A DNA stretch of 64,000 nt from Eledone cirrhosa. Its lineage: Eukaryota. The stretch is from contig OZ024745.1 of the NCBI GenBank assembly GCA_964016885.1, forward strand, positions 121,520,001-121,584,000, written 5' to 3'. Shown in pieces: positions 26,457 to 39,375 of the stretch; the stretch's first letter is position 1; every line of letters starts with the position of its first letter. A model generated the notes under the pieces. That model did no database searches and was not told the origin of the DNA. It saw only the letters and a program-made list of their open reading frames with translations. The translations under genes were made by a program, and so were the position numbers.

Positions 26457-26572
26457 TCAACCTTCAGCACACTGTGGGCGACAAAATGCACCATATGTGT
26501 AATCTCCCCTTAATAGATAATGCAGTGTCAAGGGAAACAACTCATAAAAATTACTCGCGTGCTAAAGGTTAA
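26457..26572. mobile_element. Short TTAA-type MITE (third family)
   Basis: Shares taatgcagtgtcaagggaaacaa and end structure with 60071-60186. Confidence 0.55.
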
Positions 26573-27088
26573 TATTAATTATTCATAGAAATGAGAGAAC
26601 AATTGCACAAAACCAAATAATTTCTTATAAGTTTGAAATTACAGACCAAAAAATATCATCATTACTTTTCTAAGATTATGATAATATAATACTTACAGAA
26701 TGAAAATATAAATACATTTCATTCTATAAGTATTCATTAATATTGTATATATTATTTGCATCTATATTTTCATCCTGTAAGAAGTATTCATTAACCCTTT
26801 AGCCTTTAAACCAGCCAAATCCAGCTAGAATTCTCTCACCTCTTTCTATTCAAACTGGCCATAACCAGCCCCTCATGCTGATGTTAAGGTATTGTTCCCA
26901 AAATAAATAACATCAAAATCTTATAAATTCAATATTATGTGAAGTAATTATGTAATTACTTCACATTATGAGGTAAAGCCTTTACCACAAAAATACAATA
27001 GTATATGTAGAGTAATGTAAATGGTAAAGGGTTAAGTATTATATATATTGACAGGTAAATATATTTTGAAACAACGAGCGAGTTTGAA

Positions 27089-27310
27089 ATTAGAAATAGC
27101 TTTCGTTGTATTTTTTACTAAAGAAATTTTAGCGTGATAGTGGGGTTTAGAACCCTCAAAGAATTCGAAAAAGATGAGTATTGACGTAGATGGGAGTCGA
27201 ACCCACATCTTTGGTTATCTAGACCACACATCTTTTTCCATTTCTTAGAGGGTACTATCAGGCTAAAATTTCTTCTGTCAAAAATACAGCGAAAGCTTCT
27301 ATTTCTAATT
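27089..27310. repeat. Foldback element with about 60-bp outer inverted arms and a tRNA-like T-arm in the loop
   Basis: attagaaatagctttcgttgtatttt...agcgtgatagt pairs with actatcaggct...aaaatacagcgaaagcttctatttctaat. Confidence 0.75.
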
Positions 27311-27932
27311 ATATATCATTTGTGTCTATATTTTCATTCTGTAAGTATTCATCATCATCGTTTAACATCTATCTTCCACGCTAGCGTTGGTTATTATTAT
27401 ATTCATATAAAAGTAATAACGGTTTCTACTTTAGGCACAAGGACAGCAATTACCCCAGTACATTACTGGTGCTTTATTTTATCCCCCCCCCCATTCCTGT
27501 AAGAATGCAAGGTTAACCTCAGCGAGATTTAGAACATCTATGCTACAAAGCATGGTGACTGATGCTTTACCAATAAAGTAATAATGATATTTTGGGGTTT
27601 GTAATTTCAAACTTAAAAGAAATTATTATTAGAGGATTGGCAGTATCGGTAGAGGGTAGGACGCCATGCTTTGCAGCATAAGAGTTACGGCCCTTTACGG
27701 TCTGAGTTCAAATCCCGCCGAAGTTAACTTTGCCTTTCATTCTTACGGGGTCGATAAAATAAAGTACCAGTAATGCATGGGGTAATTGCTGGCTTTGTGC
27801 CAAAAGTAGAAACAATTATTTCATCTCCTGAACAAATTTTTTCTTATTCCAATTTAAATCTTGGATAATTGCTGGCCTTGTGCCAAAAGTAGAGACAATT
27901 ATTATAATAGAAGATAATAGAAGACATATTAC

Positions 27933-28307
27933 CTTGAAGGTGTTGTTTAATTTACGAAAGAAATAATTCCAAAGAACGTTTAATAATGTCAAATCTGCTT
28001 TCCACAACCGACAAACTTGTACAGTACATATCAAATAACACTGTAACTCTTCCTCGGACACCTGACCAGCTAACAAGCACTTCATTTCACTGACAATTTC
28101 CTCATGGTTGCTCTCCACATGTCTATGTACTGTAATAATTTTACCTACATCATTGAGTTTATAGAGTGGTACCAAATGGTAAATCATCCAGATACAAAAC
28201 CCTGGTATATTTTTCGGTCTGCTTTTAAAGTAAAAGCTAGGAATAGATCCTGCAGTTTTATCACCTGTTGCAAAGTCACTTGAAACCCTTTTATGTCCAT
28301 TGGTAAT
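27933..28307 (-). CDS. MMS22L: MMS22L coding exon 2
   Basis: ttttctag acceptor, AAG|gtaat donor, 125 codons; GFCIWMIYHL, VESN, LWNYFFRKLNNTF. Confidence 0.9.
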
Positions 28308-28529
28308 CTAGAAAATATAAGAAAAAGTAAAAACTATTGAAGATCTTAACTATGAAATATGTGTAGATCATCATCTTCATCATCATCGTTTAACGTCTAT
28401 TTTCCACGATAGCATGGGTCAGATGGGTTTGTCCTATCTGAGGCAAGTTGGGTTCGGTGACCGTGTCTCCCTCATACAGGACTGTTTCTGGCTGGTTTTC
28501 TACGACTGGATGCCCTTCCTAATGCCAAC

Positions 28530-30548
28530 CCCATTTACAGTGTGTGCTGGGTGCTTTTTGTTGTGTCTCCTACATGACCACTTTACAGCGTGTGTTGGGT
28601 GCTTCTTGCCGTGTCTGCTAAAACGACTACTTTACAGTGTGTGTTGGGTGCTTCTTGCCGTGTCTGCTAAAACGACTACTTTACAGTGTGTGTTGGGTGC
28701 TTCTTGCAGTGTCTGCTAAAATGACTACTTTACAGTGTGTGTTGGGTGCTTCTTGCCGTGTCTGCTAAAACGACTACTTTACAGTGTGTGTTGGGTGCTT
28801 CTTGCAGTGTCTGCTAAAACGACTACTTTACAGTGTGTGTTGGGTGCTTCTTGCCGTGTCTGCTAAAACGACTACTTTACAGTGTGTGTTGGGTGCTTCT
28901 TGCAGTGTCTGCTAAAACGACTACTTTACAGTGTGTGTTGGGTGCTTCTTGCAGTGTCTGCTAAAACGACTACTTTACAGTGTGTGTTGGGTGCTTCTTG
29001 CAGTGTCTGCTAAAACGACTACTTTACAGTGTGTGTTGGGTGCTTCTTGCAGTGTCTGCTAAAACGACTACTTTACAGTGTGTGTTGGGTGCTTCTTGCA
29101 GTGTCTGCTAAAACGACTACTTTACAGTGTGTGTTGGGTGCTTCTTGCAGTGTCTGCTAAAACGACTACTTTACAGTGTGTGTTGGGTGCTTCTTGCAGT
29201 GTCTGCTAAAACGACTACTTTACAGTGTGTGTTGGGTGCTTCTTGCAGTGTCTGCTAAAACGACTACTTTACAGTGTGTGTTGGGTGCTTCTTGCAGTGT
29301 CTGCTAAAACGACTACTTTACAGTGTGTGTTGGGTGCTTCTTGCAGTGTCTGCTAAAACGACTACTTTACAGTGTGTGTTGGGTGCTTCTTGCAGTGTCT
29401 GCTAAAACGACTACTTTACAGTGTGTGTTGGGTGCTTCTTGCAGTGTCTGCTAAAACGACTACTTTACAGTGTGTGTTGGGTGCTTCTTGCAGTGTCTGC
29501 TAAAACGACTACTTTACAGTGTGTGTTGGGTGCTTCTTGCAGTGTCTGCTAAAACGACTACTTTACAGTGTGTGTTGGGTGCTTCTTGCAGTGTCTGCTA
29601 AAACGACTACTTTACAGTGTGTGTTGGGTGCTTCTTGCAGTGTCTGCTAAAACGACTACTTTACAGTGTGTGTTGGGTGCTTCTTGCAGTGTCTGCTAAA
29701 ATGACTACTTTACAGTGTGTGTTGGGTGCTTCTTGCAGTGTCTGCTAAAATGACTACTTTACAGTGTGTGTTGGGTGCTTCTTGCAGTGTCTGCTAAAAC
29801 GACTACTTTACAGTGTGTGTTGGGTGCTTCTTGCAGTGTCTGCTAAAACGACTACTTTACAGTGTGTGTTGGGTGCTTCTTGCCGTGTCTGCTAAAACGA
29901 CTACTTTACAGTGTGTGTTGGGTGCTTCTTGCAGTGTCTGCTAAAACGACTACTTTACAGTGTGTGTTGGGTGCTTCTTGCAGTGTCTGCTAAAACGACT
30001 ACTTTACAGTGTGTGTTGGGTGCTTCTTGCAGTGTCTGCTAAAATGACTACTTTACAGTGTGTGTTGGGTGCTTCTTGCAGTGTCTGCTAAAACGACTAC
30101 TTTACAGTGTGTGTTGGGTGCTTCTTGCAGTGTCTGCTAAAACGACTACTTTACAGTGTGTGTTGGGTGCTTCTTGCAGTGTCTGCTAAAACGACTACTT
30201 TACAGTGTGTGTTGGGTGCTTCTTGCAGTGTCTGCTAAAACGACTACTTTACAGTGTGTGTTGGGTGCTTCTTGCAGTGTCTGCTAAAACGACTACTTTA
30301 CAGTGTGTGTTGGGTGCTTCTTGCAGTGTCTGCTAAAACGACTACTTTACAGTGTGTGTTGGGTGCTTCTTGCAGTGTCTGCTAAAACGACTACTTTACA
30401 GTGTGTGTTGGGTGCTTCTTGCAGTGTCTGCTAAAACGACTACTTTACAGTGTGTGTTGGGTGCTTCTTGCAGTGTCTGCTAAAATGACTACTTTACAGT
30501 GTGTGTTGGGTGCTTTTCGTCGTGACACCTATACGTCCACTTTACAGA
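28530..30548. repeat. 49-bp minisatellite, about 41 nearly identical copies, inside a SINE
   Basis: gactactttacagtgtgtgttgggtgcttcttgcagtgtctgctaaaac; period 49 measured from 28625 to 28674. Confidence 0.97.
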
Positions 30549-30722
30549 TATGAAAAATTATTCATACTGTGTACAGTAAATCTATTTCTCCATGTATGAT
30601 ATACATTCATTTTTTTTTTTTTTATATTTCATTCAGCTATAACATTCCATAATAACCATAGAGCCAATCTCATAAGCTTCACATTTGCTGAAGTTGTCAC
30701 TCTTTTACTGGTTCTAGTACAA

Positions 30723-30758
<36 letters not shown>

Positions 30759-31490
30759 AAAGTGGTCATGATGGTGACATGGTAAAAAGCACCTAGCCCA
30801 CACTGTAAAGTGGTTGTGATGGCGACACAACAAAAAGTGCCCATCCCACACTATAAAGTCGTTGTGTAAACGTCACGACAAAAAGCACCCAGTACTCACT
30901 GTAAATGAGGTTGGCGCTAGGAAGGGTATCCAGCTGTAGAAACCGAGCCCAAATCGGTTCTGTATGCGCATGACATGGTCACCTGACCTGGCATTGCTCA
31001 CAACAGGATAACTCGTCTAACCCATGCCAGTGTGGACGTTAATTGGTGATGATGATGATATATATATATATATTACATATTAAATATAAGTGAAAAAAAC
31101 TATATGTTTGGGAGTAAAAGCCACGCAGACAAAATTAAGTTAGTCTCACTTATATAAACATCTTTTTTCTCTCCAATCTACCAAAACACACATCTATTTT
31201 TTGTATATGCGCTACATTTCCTGTACATGTTATATTTATCGCATACCGAAGTTTTGTATATCTTGGTTGATATTTGATAACAACTAAACTAATCACTACA
31301 ATTAAATTGACCAAATTTGCCACCCACCCAATTCAAAAATGCTTTCCCCGCCCCTGATACCATGGTTTCTATATATTTTATTCATTCATTGAGATGTTTA
31401 AGTGTGAGAGACTAATTAACCTTTTAATTTATATATATATATAAATTTATATATATATTTAATTTATATATATATATTAATTTATATATA

Positions 31491-31635
31491 TATTTCTGAA
31501 GACGGCATATATGTGTGTTTGGTATGTATATTTAATCTTGATAGTTTGTATAATTTTGTATAATTTTGTACATAGATCTGTTGAATATGCATGCCAATTC
31601 TAACACATATATATCCTAGAAACGATCGTTAAATA
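31491..31635 (+). ncRNA. Degenerate type I minimal hammerhead ribozyme with long stem II
   Basis: tattt-CTGAAGA-(ggcatatatgtg...cacatatatatcc)-GAAA-cgatcg-TT-aaata. Confidence 0.55.
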
Positions 31636-31706
31636 ATGAACTTTTTTTTGTTTAATATAAGGAACTGTTTCATTGTTTTATTCATTATTTTTTTAATATT
31701 TTTTTA

Positions 31707-31753
<47 letters not shown>

Positions 31754-32643
31754 ATATATATATATATATAGTAATTATTATGGATGGTCGTGTTGGTGAG
31801 TTGTGTGTTGTGGTGTTGATTCGTTTCTTGCGTGCGTGCTCACTTGTAGCTTGCTGTGTGGTGTGGTCACTGTTGTGTGATACAGTGTAACCAGAGGTTG
31901 CATGTGTGTAGGTAAGTGAGTAAGTGTTCAATAAGATGATTATATGATAGTTCCTTGATCAAGCAGAAAATGAATATATATAAATGAACCACGATAACAC
32001 CAAACCTCTATATTATTAGTTTATTGAAAATAACTCACGCTGGAACTATATGAAAAGTAGACAAGAATTATGTACGATATTTGTTTGTTTGTAAAAGTAT
32101 AATTAAATTCTATTTACCAAGAAAACTTTATGAACTTCACTGGCTTGGTTAAGAGAGAGACCAAGAGATAGAGATGGAGTGAAAGAGAGAGAGTAAGAGA
32201 AAGTAAGAGTCTGTAAGACCCCAAGAGGTCTGTAGAAAGCAATAGTTTACATGTTTACTCTATCAAGAACTGCCGCTGGCTTGATTTAAGGCAGGCTATT
32301 TATCTCTGTCGCTTCCTCTGTCCCCAAGCCTCGAGAACAAAGGGCTGACCTTTAGAGGTCATCCACTCTCAGACCTGTTGATGCCCGAAAGGAGATAACC
32401 CAAAAAATGACCGTTAAATGTCACCCACAGGGTCAAGGTGTGGACAGATTTCGCTACATATGTACATACCCACAGAAATGGAAGTTCTCCTCAAGTTAAA
32501 TATCAGATCATCCCATAAGTAATGTCCGAAATTTCGGTCAGAAAAACAAGTCATCAAATTTCACATTTTATTAAAAAATAGTCAATTATTGTATATCAGG
32601 TGAAATCATGGAAATAAAACAAGTAAAAAAAGTAATTAGTTAC

Positions 32644-33705
32644 CTCGTGAAATGTGTACCAAAATGATCGACCACCACGATATCTTTGCCGATGTGTAAG
32701 TAGCTGAATTAACATCGTCCACACCTCTTTGACACACGTACAGGTGAATGGAGATACCTTTATGTAGTCAGCAAATGGGAGGTTAGAGAACCGATGGCAT
32801 GCAACGGCTGACAAATCACGTAAAATATAATGTACAATTTTTTGAAACACATCTGGTTCAATTTCATCCTTAGGTACGACGTGAGATCCACCATGTAGAA
32901 TTTCCGATGTGATTTCAAAATTCTGATCGGGACATAGATCAACAATAAGGAAGATTATTTCTACAGTTGACCAATATATATCCAGATGCATATGTAAGGT
33001 GTGATAAAACCCAGAACTACCTTTGTTTCCATGTCGACAGATACTGTTTTGGAGAAAGTGCCTCGGTAACTCTGAGATGGGTCCAATATGTTGCAATAAT
33101 AACTGGATGTTTTGAAATAATTGTTGAAAAAAAACAAGATTATCAGTTTCCCCAGTCGTGTTGCAATCGCTTGACTGGACATTTCTCAAGTCCGACACAA
33201 TATATTTCTGTAAATAGTAATTGATGTACTCCAAAAACGCTTTAATTTGTTCCCGTTGATGTAACAACCCTCTGCTTTGATGAGAATTGACTTCTCCCAT
33301 TCTGAGAGTGTCCCTCTCGGCATTGTTGACAATATAATTGATGGACTGCTGAGCCAATAAAAACAAACGTTCTGTGTGGAGATGTAAAGCAGTTCTTACT
33401 GAATATTTAAAGCCAAACAACCAGATCCAGTTCGAACAAGTGACGTTATCATCAACAGCCGGGTTTACTTCGTTCATGCAGACATCATCATCGGATTCTA
33501 ATAATCCAAAAGTTTTCTGCCGTTTTGTAGTTGCTAAGAAATATTTTAGTGTACCTTTGTTAAGATAACTCTCAGGGTGAAAATCGTCCAAACAGTTAGG
33601 ATGTACTTCTCCATTGCAAAAAGATACAACAAGTCGGCGAACAGGTAGCGTGGGAGTAGATGTAGAAGCCCCATAAGCTGGCAATGAAACATTGCTTTGT
33701 AGCAT
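32644..33705 (-). CDS. MMS22L: MMS22L coding exon 1
   Basis: 354 codons; FHPESYLNKGTLK, LFGFKY, HTLHMHLDIYW, PFTCTCVKEVW, SFW; GAG|gtaact donor. The start codon is uncertain. Confidence 0.9.
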
Positions 33706-34389
33706 GGCGCCTCCATCAATAAATACAAACTTCCCGCTTTCTTTTAGTGTCGGGGAGTTATTTCCCTTATTCCATAACTAGAAAATCATCTCCTTACTTG
33801 CTTTTTCGTAGTAGTTTCAATCTTTCAATATTTAAAACCATTTCACTTACCCCACTAATGCTCTACGTTTTGTTGTTTGGGTGTTACGATTCCCGGATGC
33901 CATATTCGTACTTAAAATCGAAATAGAACGAGCTTTTGGCTTTTTGCTCAACATGTGATTTTCGTTCACGCTGAACTCGCCTTGGTATACCTGGATTACC
34001 AGTTAAACCGGAGATTCTCTAAACCCCCCCCCCCCCCCCACCTTCATGGCCACCTAATATACTCAGCGCCCTATTTACAGAGAGGCCTGCCTACACGCAA
34101 ATTGTAAATAATTGTTTCTACTTTAGGCACAAGGCCAGCAATTACCCAGTTCATTACTGGTACTTTATTTTATCGACCCCGTAAGGATGAAAGGCAAAGT
34201 CAACCTCGGCGGGATTTGAACTCAGATCGCAATTGTAAATAATATATAATAAATAGAATCATTAATTTATATATAATAAACAATATAATATATACTATGT
34301 ATAAATAAATATTTTATATATATTTTTATTTTACTATATTTATATATATGTATCATTTGATACAAATATGCATACATATATATACATAC

Positions 34390-35930
34390 TTGCTCCTTAC
34401 CACCTCAAGGAGCTCCTATCCCTCCTCTCGGCTGAGGCCGGGCGCTGCCTTCTCTGTGCAATTTTGGCGCTCACCAATAGGCTCATCCATGGCACCCTGG
34501 ACCCTCACGCCCAAGGCCTCTTTTTTTCGGCTAGCCTCACCGCTCTCAGGAAGAAAGCGGGTGGCATACGCCCCATCGCCGTGGGCAATGTCTTCCGGAG
34601 GCTGGCTGCCAAGGTGGTCTGCAGGTCCATAACACCCGAACTGGGTATGGAGTTCAGTCTGGTGCAACTGGGTGTCAGCGTGTCCGGTGGTTGTGAGGGG
34701 GCCGCAACCAGGCAGTTCTTCAACAGCTGCCCAGTGGAACCGGCATCCAGGGACTCCAGGCACCTCATTGACATGAGGAATGCCTTCAACTGTTTAAGCC
34801 GAGACCATCTGCTCGAAGCCTGCCTGTCGAGCCCCCTCTGCCTACCTATCGTATGGAGCCCCGAGCATGCTCCTTGCTGCTGATACGGTCATACCTTCGG
34901 CCACTGGGGTCCAACAGGGCGACCCTTTGGGACCCCTCCTGTTTGCCCTTGGTATAGACCACATCGCCCGGAGTATCACGGCCCCTCTCAATGTTTGGTA
35001 TCTGGATGATGCTACATTGGGCGGGCCCGTACAGAATATCTGCCATGACCTACACTCGGTGGTTCCTGCCCTGGCAGGAATCGGCCCCCAGGTCAACTCG
35101 GCCAAGCCGGAGGTGGTGAATTTCAGCCATGATGCTGAGAGCTTTGCAGCCTCCGACTCGGACGTGCGGTCCATTCTCCATCAGGTACAGGTGACCCCCA
35201 AAGAGGATGTCCTCATCCTCAGGTTACCGACCCACCCGCCGGCCATCCGCTCCACCATCAGGTTCAGGCTTCAACAACTCCAAACACTCACGAGCTGACT
35301 GGGCTTGATCGACGGCCACCCAGCCCTCTTTCTGTTGAGGAACTGCTTCGCCATGCCGAAGCTTCTCTATACCCTTCATAGCGCTCCGTGCTACACTCAC
35401 ACATCTCTCCTCGCTGACCTCAATACTTGTATCCGAGAAACAGCCGAGGAGATATGCAACGTCAAGTTTGACGACATTGGATGGCAACAGGCCACTTTAC
35501 CTGTCAGGTATGGCGGCCTTGGCCTCCGGTCCCCGATCTCACTGGCTTTGTTGGCGTATCTTTCGTCAGTAACCTCGTGCCGCGTCCTTGTCAGCAGGGC
35601 TCTTCTAAACACAATAGAACCCTCTGTATTCAGAGAACGTTAGGCCGCCTGTGAGATGTGTGACCGGCTGGGACTCAGCCCAGTAGACGTCCCTCCTCCA
35701 TTGACGTCATGTCCCCCCCAAATCACTTGGGATGCCATCGAGTGCAGGCCTGGCCTCAGACAGGCTCACGCGCCAGCACCACCTTGCCTATTTTCGTTCG
35801 GCCTCCAAACCCCACAGTGGTGCCTGGCTCCATGCCCTGCCCTCCTTCTCCACTGGCACGCAGCTAGACAATAATAGCCTGCGCATTGGCGTTTCCTTGA
35901 GACTCAGCCTCCGGATCTGCAAGCCACACC
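34390..35930 (+). mobile_element. CRE-like (RLE-group) non-LTR retrotransposon RT fragment, frameshifted
   Basis: [58 protein letters not shown]; strongly GC-rich island. Confidence 0.85.
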
Positions 35931-36931
35931 AAATGTGGCATCATGCTAACCTTTTTCCGCAGCAATCTAATATGGGAGATAATAATCTAATACATAGCTA
36001 GAGAGAGAGAGTATATAAGTATGTAAGCGATGGAGGAGGAGAGAGACAGATAAATATAAAGTACATAGGACCATACATTCCAATGTGTCCTCCATTTAAA
36101 ATTCTAAAAGCAATTTGGCTGCTATTTCTAGAAGGTTGAACCACAATGTAGAGGCTACATCAACATGGTATTTTAGAAGTTTTCCTTATCTTTCGTTGCA
36201 TCTAATTTTTAACATATTGTGTTTCGTTTTTCTTTTAGCCCTTTAACATTTACATTACTCGATATTTACTATTTTTTCTATATTTTCATGGTAAAGGCTT
36301 TATCTCTCATAATATCGAATCTATGAGATTTTGATATAATTTATTTTGAGAACAATACCTTAACATCGGTATGAACAGCCAGTTATGGCCAATTTGAACT
36401 GAAAGGTGAGGGAATTCTGGCCGGATACAGCCAGTTTAAATGCTAAAGGGTTGAGCACTAACTCCTTCTTTATCTGATACTCTGAAACTCTCTCTTCTCG
36501 TCTTCAATCTCCCACTAACACCATCTTGGCTGCCTTTCCTGCTACTTTCATTTATTCAACTCATGCACTTTGTAATGAGTTATCATGTTGTGCAGAAGCA
36601 GATCTACACTGAAACTAATGAAGCTTAAATTTCAGGATCCTTAACCCTGAAGGTTAGTTAAGTTATGAAGCCCTGTACTAGTTAAGTTATGAGGAACTGT
36701 GCTGGTTAAGTTATGAGGCCCCTTACTTGGGCTCTGAAGGAGATAAAAAATTTGGGAGCAGGAAGATGCCACCCACCCCCAGCCAACAGGGCCCTGTACT
36801 TAAGGACACCTAAGCACATGGTAAATCTGGCACTAACTGTTGCCCTAATAATGTTGCTGATTGTAAAGGGTTCTCTGTAAGTAGTTCCAGCTTCAGAGCC
36901 TCAAAAATATAGGTCTACTGTTGATTCTATA

Positions 36932-37015
36932 TACGAGGGTTAGCTGAAAGGTTCATAGGATGACCAAGATATTCTCATGGAATGACCAAATGAGGTTTAT
37001 TTTTCAACATAGTCG
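36932..37015. mobile_element. Mariner-like terminal fragment
   Basis: tacgagggttagctgaaaggttc terminus followed by tttatttttcaacatagtc. Confidence 0.45.
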
Positions 37016-38484
37016 CTAGAAAGAAACAACGCAGTTATTAATAAGAGTTGAAATGTTCACTTTTAGCGACAGAGTGTTAATCAAACATGATTTTAAAAAT
37101 AAAAAGATTCAAGTTTATCAAAAATTGACTGTACTCATAATTAAAAAGTAAAATAATTTATTGGCAAAAAAAGAAGAAAAATCCTAAAAATTTGAGGAAA
37201 ATATGTGATGGTCTGTGTCAGAGAAAAACAGCCAATAAAATAAGAGTTGAGTTTTGATGTAGTAAAGGCTTTTTGAAAAAATGTCTGCACAGGGACTTCT
37301 TCACCCACTTATTCCTGGAAGGGTCATGGGGGAAGAGTCCTCAACCACTCCCTCTAGTGGGTCCAGTCCGAAGCAACTGTCTCCAACTAATCTGGCTGGA
37401 TCCTCAAGCGTGACCAGCTAAGCTCATGGATATTATCGAACCATTTTGCTTGGGTCTCCTACCTGTTGGTTTTGCCCGTAAAATCTGTCCAGCAATTCTT
37501 TCCTGAGACATTCTAACAACATGGCTATAGTGTCGGAGCTGTGATCCCTCAATTCAGAGAAGTAGCAACTCTACCTGGAGTGACTCTCTGATCTCCGAGT
37601 TATGCAGTTTATCGAATAACGTTACTCCAAAGACCCTCACAAGAACTTATTTAAAAAATTTATAAATGTTCAATTAATCAGATACATTTGTAAATCAATA
37701 TTGTATTGGAAGTAATATCTGCCTGTTTATCACATGAATGGTACTCCAACAAAATTGTTCTAAAATGTCAAAAGTCAGCGTTCTCTGTCTCCCTATAATT
37801 TTTCTTTTATTCCTTTATTAATTTTAATCATTGAATTGCAACTATGCTGGGTTTAGTCGATCATATCAATCCCAGTACTTATTTGTTTGAAGTCTGGTTC
37901 TAGCACAACTGGTCCCATCGATTGACTGCCATCAAAAATAACATTGGGAGTATATAAAAAAATATAACTGGAAATGCAATAATTTCAAGTATTGAAATGT
38001 AAAGATTCATCATCATCATCATCTTCGTTTAAAGTCCATTTTCCACGCTAGCATGGGTTAGACGTTTTTAGCATTTAACCGGCTATATCCGGCCAGGACT
38101 CTCTTACCTCTTTCTGTTCAAACCAGCTGTAACTGGCCACTCATACTGATGTTAAGGTATTGTTCTCAAAATATATATCAAAATGTCATAGATTCGATAT
38201 TATGTGAGGTAAAGCCTTTACTGTGAAAATATAATAGTAAATATAGAGTAATGTAAATGCTAAAGGGTTAAATACTTTAATTTTTTATGTAAAAATTAAA
38301 TTTGAAAATATAACGTTTTTTTTGTCATTTGGTCAGTGAGCTGTCACTTTTGTCACATATTACTAAAGTTTCTAGTGTATAGTATTATTTCTAAGATATT
38401 CATCATCATCAGTATATGTTTGTATTCAATGAATGAAAATACTCAATAAAACAGAGGCATTCCATAATAAATGCATTTAAAATA

Positions 38485-39375
38485 TCTATGGGAGAGGTTT
38501 GGTGTGGCCATTTTGGCCTGTCCCTTCTCATAGTGATGTCATCCAGTGTCAGGCTCCAAAAATTGTATTTCATACCTATAGTGGTTCCATACCTATAAAG
38601 GGCTCCTAAACTATGGTTACAGTGTGAGATGGGTTTGGCACGGCCAACTGGGCCGTCTCTCCACATGGCGGTGCCATCCGACACTGAGCCACGAAACTAT
38701 GGCTACACTGTGAGATGGGTTAGGCTCCTTGTATTGGTGCCATCTAGTAGTGGGTTCCAACTGGTCTCTTCGCATAGTGGTGCGATCCAACGCAGGCTCC
38801 CCCAAAAGGTAATTTCGTACTGAGAAGGGTTCGTCGCGTGGAGAGTACCTGGCCCTAAAACTGGGGTGCTGCTGTGAGAGGGGTTCGGTGCGGCCAAATC
38901 GGCCTGTCCCTTCCTATATTGGTGTTATCCAGTGCTGGGCGTATGGCTACGCTGTGGGATGGGTTTAGGCTCCTTGTATTGGTGCCATCCAGTACTGGGC
39001 TCCGGTCTCTTCGCATAGTGGTGCCACCCAACGCCAGGCTCCCAAACCTGTCCCTCCTCACCCAATACTGACCCCCCAAAACAGTGGCTATGTTGTAAGA
39101 TGGGTCTTCAGGTGCTTTCCACTGAGATGAGTCAGGTTCCAAAACTAGTACCTTTGTGAGAGAGGTTTTGCGCAGCCAACTGGCCTGTCCCTCCTCATGA
39201 CGGAGCCATCCAGTCCTACACAGTAAATATGGTTGGTGTTAGGAAGGGCATCAGCTGTAAAATACCCAGTCAAATTTATAGTCCTCGCCGGAGCAAGGTG
39301 TGACATGGTCAACTATGGCCAGACTTGCCTCCCGGCATGCATGGAAGAAATGACGCTAAACGGAAATGATGATAC
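38485..39375 (+). repeat. Degenerate GC-rich higher-order repeat ending in the (GAT)n-tailed SINE 3' end
   Basis: Recurring gtgagatgggtt, ggcctgtccct and tggtgccatccag blocks; 38620-38805 resembles 38875-39045. Confidence 0.7.

Noticed and set aside
28530-30548. CRISPR-like array
   Set aside because: Pure tandem repeat with no unique spacers, no cas genes, eukaryotic context
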